DNA from: a virus
Virus record (IMG/VR): IMGVR_UViG_3300049020_000015
Span: 1-59,842 of that record
Direction: 5' to 3' (one strand)
DNA: 59,842 nt
Part shown: positions 34,050 to 42,824 of the stretch, in pieces
Layout: each line of letters starts with the position of its first letter
Numbering within the stretch: the first letter of the stretch is position 1
Notes under the pieces: model-generated
What the model was told of the DNA's origin: nothing
What the model saw: the letters and a program-made list of their open reading frames with translations, nothing else
Database searches by the model: none
Made by a program: the position numbers and the translations under genes

Positions 34050-34481
34050 ATGAATGGCAGTATGACAGACAAAGACCAACATAAATTAGCCAAAGCAAAA
34101 GCGATCGCCGACGAGATTGTGCACCTAGCCGATGTTATTACAAAGAACACCTGCATAGCATTCCCGCCTAAACGATTGTTTCGCAAGAAGGGGAAACGCC
34201 CGCCAAAGCGTTTGAAACGGCGTAAGGCAATGTTAGTGTTAGCCATAAGCCCGCAGATGGTGCGAGCCCGTATTATGATGATAGCGGCTCAGCCAATACC
34301 AAATTACGTTCCCGGAGGCGTAGTAAATACAGGTATAGCTATAGTAGGCGAATCAGGTCCCGAACAAATAATACTACCAAATGGAACAATCACAACCGCT
34401 AATCAACATCCTCATCCGCACCAGCTCCCGACCGGCCCAATTTGCCCGGTGCCTGGAATCGATAAGGAATCAGACGTATAA
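34050..34481 (+). CDS. Basic protein carrying a tape-measure C-terminal-like GESGPE motif (possible gene fragment)
   Basis: GGVVNTGIAIVGESGPEQIILPNG resembles the GG..vGE.GPE..iP motif of tape-measure C-termini. Overlaps the next gene by 101 nt. Confidence 0.4.
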   Translation: MNGSMTDKDQHKLAKAKAIADEIVHLADVITKNTCIAFPPKRLFRKKGKRPPKRLKRRKAMLVLAISPQMVRARIMMIAAQPIPNYVPGGVVNTGIAIVGESGPEQIILPNGTITTANQHPHPHQLPTGPICPVPGIDKESDV

Positions 34482-35010
34482 AAACATTCAGATTATCGTT
34501 GGGTTTGATAATCCGGAAGCTGTTCGATATATCCCTATCGGCGACAATATCAGGAAGTTATTTATTGAACCATTTTGCAATTACCCATACTTCTATGACC
34601 TGTACTGCAACACATTGAAGCTACTGGTGACCCACGGCTGGTTCTTCTTTCTTGACGATGACGACGCCTTAGCCAGCAATACGGTATTAGAAGAACTTGC
34701 CGAACACCTTACCGAACCCGCCGCCATCATCTGTCAGATGTTACGCAACGGTGTACCGAAGCCCGCCGATAACTATATCCGAAAGAAAATAATAGCAGAG
34801 GGCAAGATCGGCCTGCCTTGTCTGGTGCTGCACTCGAAACACAAGGCACTTTCCGGCTTATATGGCCATAAGGCTGGCGACTACCGGTATATCAAGGAAG
34901 TCACCGACCAGGTACCCACCAAATTTATAGCCCTGCCATTGGTAAATGCCGGCGCCCGAGGTCACGGCAAAATGGAAGGGAAAGACAATCTTTCAAACAT
35001 TTCAGAATAA
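34381..35010 (+). CDS. Family 2 glycosyltransferase
   Basis: LINILIRTSSRPAQFARCLESIRNQTYKNIQIIVGFDN ... FFLDDDDAL. Confidence 0.75.
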   Translation: MEQSQPLINILIRTSSRPAQFARCLESIRNQTYKNIQIIVGFDNPEAVRYIPIGDNIRKLFIEPFCNYPYFYDLYCNTLKLLVTHGWFFFLDDDDALASNTVLEELAEHLTEPAAIICQMLRNGVPKPADNYIRKKIIAEGKIGLPCLVLHSKHKALSGLYGHKAGDYRYIKEVTDQVPTKFIALPLVNAGARGHGKMEGKDNLSNISE

Positions 35011-35038
35011 TTTGAAAATATATTTCTAATTTCGTAGT

Positions 35039-35248
35039 ATGCAGGAGATTAGATGCAGTAGTCCTAAGTGCAATAAAGTGGTTGGTGAATTGGAAGCCGG
35101 TAAGGCCCGATTCAAGTGCAAACACTGCGGCACCTATACGACTGCAGAGATATTGCCAACGCAAGTTGGCCCCGAGCAAAACATACAACAAGCGACCCAG
35201 TGGACAGGAACGGCTAACGCCTATGTAGGTAGACACGATAGAGGTTAA
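35039..35248 (+). CDS. Com-like zinc-ribbon protein
   Basis: MQEIRCSSPKCNKVVGELEAGKARFKCKHCGT parallels the Mu Com pattern (RC..C.k.l....g...ikC..C). Confidence 0.5.
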   Translation: MQEIRCSSPKCNKVVGELEAGKARFKCKHCGTYTTAEILPTQVGPEQNIQQATQWTGTANAYVGRHDRG

Positions 35249-35279
35249 CGCTTAATCCAAAAATACTAGCGCCCCAAGA

Positions 35280-35320
35280 GGGCCAGCACTCAGCAATGGG
35301 TGACTGGCCCTTTTTCTTTT
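35280..35320 (+). terminator. Rho-independent terminator closing the glycan cassette
   Basis: GGGCCAG...CTGGCCC stem followed by TTTTTCTTTTT. The portal ATG follows at 35322. Confidence 0.7.
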
Positions 35321-35321
35321 T

Positions 35322-36899
35322 ATGGAAGTACAACGACTTATAAACGCAGGCAGAGAACTGATTAAAGGCGATTTTGATACCGCCCTTAAGTCGTTGACAC
35401 CGTACTCCTATGAACTTGTTTCTAACGGCTATCGACCTTCTGCAACGGGCGCCGGCGACAATTGGTTCTTTGAAGCGAATGGCAAGTCGGTTTTTCATTT
35501 CAAGTATGCTGGGCATAATAGCTCAGTAAAGGCCTATGAATATTGCCCACCCGTTAACGCGATCATCAACAAGAAAGCGCAGGCGTTTATCAACGGTAAG
35601 ACATGGGTACTGAATCTCACTGGCAAAGAGAAGGGCAAGGAAGCTACAACGGCAGATGCGAAAAAGCTACAGGCCTTATTTGAGAAGCCTAATCTATTAC
35701 AGTCCTGGAAGCAATTTGAGGCGCAAGGGTATATCTACCAACAGTTGTTTGGCTATACTATCGTACTGCCTATTAAGCCATTAGGCTTCAAAGAGAATAT
35801 CGATGCGACAGCCCTATGGAATATCCCGCCGTCCATGGTGGATATTGAGGAGACCAACAAGCTCTTTTACCAGAGCGATAATAAAGGCATCATCAAGCAG
35901 ATTGTACTTAACTACAAGGGGGTACAAACAATATTGAACGTTGATGATATATACATTATAAAAGACTTCACCCCTTCGTTCTGCAGCCTTGTTATCCCTG
36001 ATAGTCGTATTCACTCACTCGAACTTCCTATCAACAATATCATCGGCGCCTACGAAAGCCGTAATGTTCTGATCAATTACCGGGGGGCGCTGGGTATACT
36101 ATCGCAGGACCCGGGTAGCGGTAATTATGGATCCATACCAATGTCCGAAAAGGAAAAGGAGAACCTACAACAAGACCTACGTCGCTATGGCCTTAAGAAC
36201 CATCAATGGCAGTTTATCATAACATCAGCCGCTTTGAAGTGGCAACAGATGGGGGTAGCGACACGCGACCTTATGTTGTTCGAGGAAATCGAAGCTGACA
36301 CAATGGCTATCTGCGATAACTACAATTACCCTTACCAGCTAATGAGTAGCGCTAAGGGAACAACCTTTAGCAACCTTAATGAAGGCAAGAAGTTGCTATA
36401 TCAAGATGCCACACTACCCGAAGCTGAAAGCATATACGAGCAGTGGAATCAATTCTTTAATACTAAGAAGTACAACCTTAAGATAGACAAGGACTACAGC
36501 CATGTAGCGGTATTACAGGAAGATAAACAGCAATCGGCACAGGCTCGTAAGACCCTCGATGACGCGCTTACTATTGAATTCCAAAATGGCTTAATAACAC
36601 TCGATGACTGGCTTGAGAAGTTGGGCGAAGACCCATTGCCCGATGGGTTGGGTCAGGTACGTGCAACTGACCCTAAATCATCTAATGTGCCACTGGCAGT
36701 AACCATTGGTGTGGGAGGTGTTCAGGGATTAATCGCTGTGATAACCGCACAGGGAATGAGTGAAGAAGCAAAGCAGGCAACCCTTGAGGTGGTGTTTGGA
36801 TTATCTCCGCAAGATGCAGCACGAATGTCAATACAAACAGAAACACAAACTAATACCAATGAAACCGGAAACCAAGAACAAGGGCAAGCAGCAGCCTAA
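35322..36899 (+). CDS. Portal protein
   Basis: 525 aa, positioned upstream of the protease and capsid genes. The assignment rests on size and synteny. Confidence 0.7.
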   Translation: MEVQRLINAGRELIKGDFDTALKSLTPYSYELVSNGYRPSATGAGDNWFFEANGKSVFHFKYAGHNSSVKAYEYCPPVNAIINKKAQAFINGKTWVLNLTGKEKGKEATTADAKKLQALFEKPNLLQSWKQFEAQGYIYQQLFGYTIVLPIKPLGFKENIDATALWNIPPSMVDIEETNKLFYQSDNKGIIKQIVLNYKGVQTILNVDDIYIIKDFTPSFCSLVIPDSRIHSLELPINNIIGAYESRNVLINYRGALGILSQDPGSGNYGSIPMSEKEKENLQQDLRRYGLKNHQWQFIITSAALKWQQMGVATRDLMLFEEIEADTMAICDNYNYPYQLMSSAKGTTFSNLNEGKKLLYQDATLPEAESIYEQWNQFFNTKKYNLKIDKDYSHVAVLQEDKQQSAQARKTLDDALTIEFQNGLITLDDWLEKLGEDPLPDGLGQVRATDPKSSNVPLAVTIGVGGVQGLIAVITAQGMSEEAKQATLEVVFGLSPQDAARMSIQTETQTNTNETGNQEQGQAAA

Positions 36900-36974
36900 G
36901 TTACCAAAGGAAGTGCTTGAAAAAAAGCTGCTTGAAAAGGAAAAGCAAGTTGCTGACAAAAAAATAATTAAGAA

Positions 36975-37826
36975 ATGAAAAGTATCATACCGCATAATCT
37001 AACCGGCAAATCTCTTTACGACTACCTGGTAAAGAATGAGGGATTGATATTTCATACTAAGAAAAGTACCACCAAGAGAGCGGATGAAGTCTATGCTCAA
37101 CCGCTTTATATAGACGATAAAGGCAACCTAGTTACAAAGGCTGAAGTGGATCAAATTCAAATCGATCCTAATAAGCTGAAGGTTGTAGCGGTAATCAATA
37201 CCACCAATTGGTTAGACTCTCATGGCGATGTGCATATCCCTGGTATATGGAAGAAGTCGCTATCTGATAATAAGAAAGCGGGATTCTATCTACTTAAATC
37301 TCATGGTCGCGAGTTCGAGGATGTGATCGGTGACGGCCTAAAAGGGTTGACAAAGAAATTGTCATGGAGCGAATTAGGCGTTGACATACCCGGCATTACC
37401 GAGGCGTTGATATTCGATGGCATCATTGAGAAAGAGCGCAATGAATACATGTTCGAACAGTATTCAAAGAAGCGCGTAAAGAAGCATAGTGTGGGCATGA
37501 GGTACGTGAAAATGGTAACCTGCATTAACGACGACGACTACCCAGTTCAAAAAGAGAACTGGGATAAGTACATCGAAATGGTAGCCAACCGGGAAGAGGC
37601 AGAAGCTGATGGGTACTTCTGGGCCATACTGGAAGCGCAGATTATAGAGGGGAGTGCAGTTCTTTTTGGTAGCAATCCGGTTACTCCTACTATGGAGGCT
37701 ACATTAATTCAAGGCAAAACTGATTCAGGTGATGACACTAATGACCAGCCGCCAGTAGGCACTGGGAAGGAGCCGTCTACATTCGATCTGGATCGTGCGA
37801 TAAAAGAAGTAAAAATTATTGTTTAA
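36975..37826 (+). CDS. Prohead protease (HK97/S78-like)
   Basis: NTTNWLDSHGDVHIPGIWKKSL is a protease-like motif. The gene sits between portal and capsid. Confidence 0.65.
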   Translation: MKSIIPHNLTGKSLYDYLVKNEGLIFHTKKSTTKRADEVYAQPLYIDDKGNLVTKAEVDQIQIDPNKLKVVAVINTTNWLDSHGDVHIPGIWKKSLSDNKKAGFYLLKSHGREFEDVIGDGLKGLTKKLSWSELGVDIPGITEALIFDGIIEKERNEYMFEQYSKKRVKKHSVGMRYVKMVTCINDDDYPVQKENWDKYIEMVANREEAEADGYFWAILEAQIIEGSAVLFGSNPVTPTMEATLIQGKTDSGDDTNDQPPVGTGKEPSTFDLDRAIKEVKIIV

Positions 37827-37845
37827 CCTATAACTAAGGTTCACA

Positions 37846-39108
37846 ATGTTAACAGAACAACAATTCACCGACCTAACTGCAAAGTTGGGTAACGAATCCG
37901 CAACAGCGATAAAAAAACAATTTGCTGAGTCGGAAAAATCCATCAACGATAAGATCGAAGATGTGAAAAAAGGTCTGATGACCTCCAAGGAATTTGAAAC
38001 ATTCAAAGCCGAAGAACTTGCAAAAGTAACCGAAAAGCTCACAGGCTTTGAGTCAATCCTTAAAGAACAAGGCACAGCTATTAATGCACTTAAAGAAAAT
38101 GGAAATACCGCAAAGCCAAAGACATTGGAAGATGTATTGGCAGATAAAGAAGTGTTGGCAGAAATTAAAGCTGTTCAGAAAGCAGGCCAGGGTAATGTAG
38201 AAATACCATTGGATGGTATTACACTGAAGACTGCCGGCAGCACATCAATTGGCAACAGTATTCAGCCAATGACGCCGCCGCCTAACAGCCCTTACTTGCC
38301 TGCCGCTGCCCCGCTTGATGCTAATAACTTTTTCGGCATCATGTACAACCCAAATTTCATTATCAATTACGTAAACAGAGGAAGTACAAACTTCAGCATG
38401 TTGCCTTGGGTGAATGAAACGAGCGTTGAGGGTGCAGCCGCTGAAGTACAGGAAGGCGCGCAGAAGCCCCTATGGAACACTCGGTTTAAAGTGGAAATGT
38501 CAACCGCAAAGAAGATCGCGGCAATGTCCACTATCACCGAGGAGTTCGACCAGGATTTGCCAGGGTTCACCACGATTGTTCAACGCTTACTTACTGAAGA
38601 AGTGGCCCGTAAGTGGGATGATGCAATCTATGCCGCTGTAATCGACGTTGCGAAGCTCTACAACATCACAGGCCTGAATGGGAAGGTGGATGATGCCAAC
38701 CTGTACGATGCGCTCCGTGCTGCAATTGCACAGATCGGCAAATACAATTTCAATGCAAATTTCATTGGTGTTAACCCAGTTACCGGCGCTTTGATTGAAA
38801 TGCAGAAAAGCGCCACTGACCGATTATACTTGGTGCCGCCATTCCTGCAGAGATTGCAAAGCATGATGCGCGAAGGCAATAAGGTAACCGAAGGGTATGC
38901 ACTGGTGGGTGACATCAATCAATACAATGTTGATACTTACAAAAACATGGTGCTGAAAGTTGGCTACAATAGCGATGATTTCCGTCGTAATCAATTCAGT
39001 GTAATTGCCGAGGTGCGTTACCACGATTACATCAGTGACAACCGCAAGAATGCGCTGTTGTACGACCAACTGGATCGCATTGTTTCACTCATCGATTCAG
39101 GTAGCTAA
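37846..39108 (+). CDS. Major capsid protein (HK97-fold type with N-terminal coiled-coil delta domain)
   Basis: 420 aa, following the protease. The N-terminal ~100 aa are K/E-rich and helical. Confidence 0.75.
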   Translation: MLTEQQFTDLTAKLGNESATAIKKQFAESEKSINDKIEDVKKGLMTSKEFETFKAEELAKVTEKLTGFESILKEQGTAINALKENGNTAKPKTLEDVLADKEVLAEIKAVQKAGQGNVEIPLDGITLKTAGSTSIGNSIQPMTPPPNSPYLPAAAPLDANNFFGIMYNPNFIINYVNRGSTNFSMLPWVNETSVEGAAAEVQEGAQKPLWNTRFKVEMSTAKKIAAMSTITEEFDQDLPGFTTIVQRLLTEEVARKWDDAIYAAVIDVAKLYNITGLNGKVDDANLYDALRAAIAQIGKYNFNANFIGVNPVTGALIEMQKSATDRLYLVPPFLQRLQSMMREGNKVTEGYALVGDINQYNVDTYKNMVLKVGYNSDDFRRNQFSVIAEVRYHDYISDNRKNALLYDQLDRIVSLIDSGS

Positions 39109-39935
39109 TGTCCCTTATTGACCGCACATACTTCGTTGGTGAGTTGAATATCCCAAACATCACACAGGCTGCCATAGGTAGCACTGTTGATCTTTTTATT
39201 GAAGAATACGAAGATAAACTACTGAATGATGTGTTGGGGTATACGCTAAATAAAGCATTGAAAGCTGGGCTGCAGGAGGTACCTGTTGCCCAGAAATGGA
39301 CGGACTTAATTGAGGGGGTTGAGTATACTGACGTTAATTCTAAAACCAGATATTGGAAGGGGTTAGTTGCTCAACCACCTACTGTCCTAAATGCTTTAGA
39401 TGCGCTCAACCCGATTGATGTGGTTGTTGGCCGAGGTCAATTGTATGATCCTGCGCCTACGTCAACCAGCACAACGATACCGGCGGTATTAGTTGGTAAG
39501 ACTTTCATAATTGAAAAAAGAGGAGTCGGTAAACTGATAGCAGGCGAATACAGCGTAGTAGGTAATATACTCACTTTAGCCAGCGGCCAGTTCGCTGATG
39601 AGGATGTATACACATACAAGGCTGCAACGCTTGCAATCAATACCAGTACCGGAACCAATAAAGAAAGTCTGATCGCTAACTATGTTTACTACTGGTATCA
39701 GCGTAACAACCATACACAGACGGCTACTACCGGTGAAGTAAAACCACAGAACGAAAACGCGGTCATTGCTAACCCGTCATTGAAACTTGTAAAGGCATGG
39801 AACGATATGTCTGCATGGATATGCGAACTGGTGGACTATCTGGATGCAAAGAAAGATGATTACACCCAGTGGGCTGACCAGGATGTGTATTGCATGCTGA
39901 GAAAGTTCAGACCGATCAATGAGTTTAATATCTGA
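39108..39935 (+). CDS. Head-tail joining / head completion protein (putative)
   Basis: TAATG coupling to the capsid gene; synteny only. Confidence 0.45.
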   Translation: MSLIDRTYFVGELNIPNITQAAIGSTVDLFIEEYEDKLLNDVLGYTLNKALKAGLQEVPVAQKWTDLIEGVEYTDVNSKTRYWKGLVAQPPTVLNALDALNPIDVVVGRGQLYDPAPTSTSTTIPAVLVGKTFIIEKRGVGKLIAGEYSVVGNILTLASGQFADEDVYTYKAATLAINTSTGTNKESLIANYVYYWYQRNNHTQTATTGEVKPQNENAVIANPSLKLVKAWNDMSAWICELVDYLDAKKDDYTQWADQDVYCMLRKFRPINEFNI

Positions 39936-39937
39936 CA

Positions 39938-40459
39938 ATGGATGAAACCGTATACATAGTAGAAGAGATGGAGTCCATAGTTGCTAAGGTCAATACTGCA
40001 TTGACTGCTGCAAACTTTGGCACTACACCAGTTTACTACATGTATGGGCATCCCAAAGAGATAGCAATAAGATTGCAGGAACTTTCGAATAGTCCGACAG
40101 AAGGGCATAAGAAGTTCCCGCTGATCATATTGTTTACAGACATAACCATTGACCGGTCATTACTAGGCTTCTACGGGTCAACTTCGCTCAGGATGCTTAT
40201 TGCAAATTTTACTTTACCTGAATATACTTCAGTGCAAAGGACTGAAATAAACTTTAAGCCCCTCCTGCACCCGATTAAGAAAGAATTGATCAATCAAATA
40301 GATAGGCATGGTCGATTCACTTATGAGGATGAGTTAACCTACAAGGAAACAGACATGTACTACTACGGTAGTAAGATCAATGATGCCAATGTATTCAATG
40401 ACCGGATTGACGCAATTGAGCTAAGAGACATTAAGCTGAATATTAAAAACAAATGTTAA
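39938..40459 (+). CDS. Head-tail adaptor or tail completion protein (putative)
   Basis: Synteny only. Confidence 0.4.
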   Translation: MDETVYIVEEMESIVAKVNTALTAANFGTTPVYYMYGHPKEIAIRLQELSNSPTEGHKKFPLIILFTDITIDRSLLGFYGSTSLRMLIANFTLPEYTSVQRTEINFKPLLHPIKKELINQIDRHGRFTYEDELTYKETDMYYYGSKINDANVFNDRIDAIELRDIKLNIKNKC

Positions 40460-40476
40460 CAAACTAATTCAATAAA

Positions 40477-41430
40477 ATGGCAACGCTAAATAAACCACTT
40501 TGCGCGACCAACTACGGTAACACCGGGGTGGGCGAATGCTTTGTTGATCTGGATAAAATAATCGGCGCTATCCAAGTGCCGCCAAATTTCCAGATTGCAC
40601 AATCAGACGTAGCCGGCCTGCTGGCATTCTTTGAAACGAAGATACACGCAGCTATTGGCACACGGGTATTCCCCTATCCGAAGCTCACCAACATCACGGA
40701 TAATACCGAGGATATCACCATCAATACAACTGATTATGGTGATAAAATCTATGTTAAGGATGGGTTTTACGACTGGACATTCCGGTATCTGAACGGTGGT
40801 GTACAACTGCACCAGGAACTTGCGAAGAACGGCGGTGCGAATAAGAACTTCCTCTTCTTCGATAAGAATAGTGTACTGATTGGCTACAAGTCAGGCGCAT
40901 ACCTGAAAGGTATACCTGTTGATCAGTTCCGCGTATTACCATGGAGGCCAAACACCGGCGCAGAATCAGCACTGTTTAATATGAGGTTCATCATTGATCC
41001 GATTTATTTGAATGGCGGCAACCTGGGCTTCCTGAAAGTTGATTTTAACTTACTTGACCTGACAGGCCTGCAGGATGTGGAACTTACTATCATCGACCAG
41101 GCAGCCAACGTAGCGACCGTAAAAGTGCGCTCAAAGATCAGCGATGTAGATCTGTATAGTACTTACAAAACAAACCTGCTCGAAACTACCGCCTGGCGTT
41201 TATTCAAGTCAGACGGCAGCGCTAGTAGCATCACCAATGTTGCGGATAATGCCGCTGATGAAGCCTTCGACGTAACAGGTAACTATGCCGACTGGGCGGC
41301 TGAGTTCGATGGCGCCGAAATGACAATCAAGCTTGCGATTCCCTCAGTCCTTAAAGCCGCTCCTATAGAAATGGAAGGCTTTGAAGATAAGGACGGGGTT
41401 GCCTTCATTGTCGAATCAGCATCGAGCTAA
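40477..41430 (+). CDS. Major tail (tube) protein (putative)
   Basis: 317 aa, located between the head-completion genes and the chaperone/tape-measure genes. Confidence 0.5.
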   Translation: MATLNKPLCATNYGNTGVGECFVDLDKIIGAIQVPPNFQIAQSDVAGLLAFFETKIHAAIGTRVFPYPKLTNITDNTEDITINTTDYGDKIYVKDGFYDWTFRYLNGGVQLHQELAKNGGANKNFLFFDKNSVLIGYKSGAYLKGIPVDQFRVLPWRPNTGAESALFNMRFIIDPIYLNGGNLGFLKVDFNLLDLTGLQDVELTIIDQAANVATVKVRSKISDVDLYSTYKTNLLETTAWRLFKSDGSASSITNVADNAADEAFDVTGNYADWAAEFDGAEMTIKLAIPSVLKAAPIEMEGFEDKDGVAFIVESASS

Positions 41431-41621
41431 TGACAATCATATTCGATAATACCGGCTTCAGCGTAGAATACTGGGGCCGGTTTACAGAATCTGAGTTCAT
41501 TGAGCAAGGGATGAAGCAGAAGGTATTTAAAAGGCACCCTGACGATGTGAGGCGGCAATTACTTTTAGAGGCATTTAAAATTATAAGCAATTACACTTCA
41601 TCAACTACAGCGACGACTTAA
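41430..41621 (+). CDS. Hypothetical protein
   Basis: TAATG overlap; 63 aa. Confidence 0.55.
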   Translation: MTIIFDNTGFSVEYWGRFTESEFIEQGMKQKVFKRHPDDVRRQLLLEAFKIISNYTSSTTATT

Positions 41622-41643
41622 GGGCTTCGACATTCAAGAAGAA

Positions 41644-42030
41644 GTGCAACAGGCTGTCATTGAAACGTCTGGCGATATGATTGTATTGAACCAAGGCCAA
41701 TTGTCGCTGGGTAAACGCGCAGATGGCACGGAGATAACCCCCACGTATTCTGACCTGACCATCATGCTAAAAGACGATAAAGGCCACGAATCAAGGTGGG
41801 TGACGTTAAAAGATACCGGTTCGTTGTGGGGAGATATGTTCGTTGACGTTGGTAATAACTCTTACGAAATGGGATCAGCTGATGCAAAAGCCGCCAAGCT
41901 CGAAAAGAAGTATGGCAAAAAGATATGGGGGTTGACGAAAGAAAGCAAACGTGAAGAGTACATACCACTTTATTTATTGCCTGCTATTCAATCACGAGTT
42001 ACTAAAAAGCTCGGTTTAAAATTCGGATAA
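41644..42030 (+). CDS. Hypothetical virion-module protein
   Basis: GTG start. The frame is open from 41587 with no ATG until codon 12. Confidence 0.55.
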   Translation: MQQAVIETSGDMIVLNQGQLSLGKRADGTEITPTYSDLTIMLKDDKGHESRWVTLKDTGSLWGDMFVDVGNNSYEMGSADAKAAKLEKKYGKKIWGLTKESKREEYIPLYLLPAIQSRVTKKLGLKFG

Positions 42031-42031
42031 G

Positions 42032-42235
42032 ATGGGATGCCCGGGTTGTTTACCAACGGCTAGAGAACGCCAAGATCTTTTAATTCAAAAAGAAAACGAA
42101 GCAAAACAGCATGCGGTCGCGGATCAAAAAATATATATCCTCTATAATCTCCCGGACGGACAAGTCTCCTACATGTCCGCAGACGCCGCCCGCGCAGCAG
42201 GTATTACCCCCATCAAATATATATCGTTCGTGTAG
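42032..42235 (+). CDS. Hypothetical protein
   Basis: 67-aa ORF. Confidence 0.55.
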   Translation: MGCPGCLPTARERQDLLIQKENEAKQHAVADQKIYILYNLPDGQVSYMSADAARAAGITPIKYISFV

Positions 42236-42245
42236 TAAGCTACCC

Positions 42246-42824
42246 ATGGTAGCGTTTCTCGATGCGCTGTGTGACGACAATATTAACTCATTAATTATTG
42301 ACGGGAAGGCTACCAATGACCAGCTTACCCAGGCTTGGGTGCTAATCCTTTCAGAATACTACGAGCTACGCGGGGATGGCGTTGAGAGTAATGAGCAATG
42401 CGCATTAAGTAGAGATATTCAAAAACTACACAATCATCTATACTTAGTTGATGTATGTGTGCAATTCTTATTGGAGCGGTATAGTGATTCAATTGCCGAT
42501 AGCCTAAGACAACTAGGGTATTCATTCCGGCCTACCTCACAGGAGCCTATCGGCTATATAAAGCAACTTAATTCTGTTGTTCAAAAGAGTAAGACGAGGT
42601 ATGTCCAACTTCAACAGCTATTAAAGCAACTTGAACAATTAATGGAGGAAGCGGGTACCGAGAAGCCTAAGCGCGAGGACTTCGAAAGGATGATCATCTA
42701 CATTGAAGAGATGCAGGGCGCCACTTATAATATTGAACAATTGACCGTAAGCAAATATGTGATGCTCGAAAAGAAGTACAACCAGAAAGTCGAACATTTA
42801 AAACAGCTGCATGCCAAACACTGA
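42246..42824 (+). CDS. Tail assembly chaperone-like protein (by position)
   Basis: ATG at 42246 (MVAFLDALCDD...), immediately upstream of the tape-measure gene. Confidence 0.45.
   Translation: MVAFLDALCDDNINSLIIDGKATNDQLTQAWVLILSEYYELRGDGVESNEQCALSRDIQKLHNHLYLVDVCVQFLLERYSDSIADSLRQLGYSFRPTSQEPIGYIKQLNSVVQKSKTRYVQLQQLLKQLEQLMEEAGTEKPKREDFERMIIYIEEMQGATYNIEQLTVSKYVMLEKKYNQKVEHLKQLHAKH

Noticed and set aside
27472-35320. DNA hypermodification (base glycosylation) as the role of the GT cluster
   Set aside because: No dNMP hydroxymethylase or thymidylate-synthase homologue, 5-hmdU kinase or other base-modification entry enzyme was recognised anywhere in the genome. The membrane mini-proteins and the Stealth-like motif fit protein or lipid-linked glycans better.
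36760-36978. Lys-rich 72-aa ORF overlapping the portal 3' end and filling the portal-protease gap (possible +1 extension of portal)
   Set aside because: It is mostly an alternative frame of the portal gene. There is no slippery site or ATG in the gap, and the gap is A-rich, which alone gives Lys codons. Treated as spurious.
41430-42824. Canonical -1 programmed frameshift of tail assembly chaperones upstream of the tape measure
   Set aside because: I checked the frame relationships: 41430 to 41644 is +1, 41644 to 42032 is blocked by a TAA at 42017, and 42032 to 42111 is +1. No -1 overlap or slippery heptamer was found.
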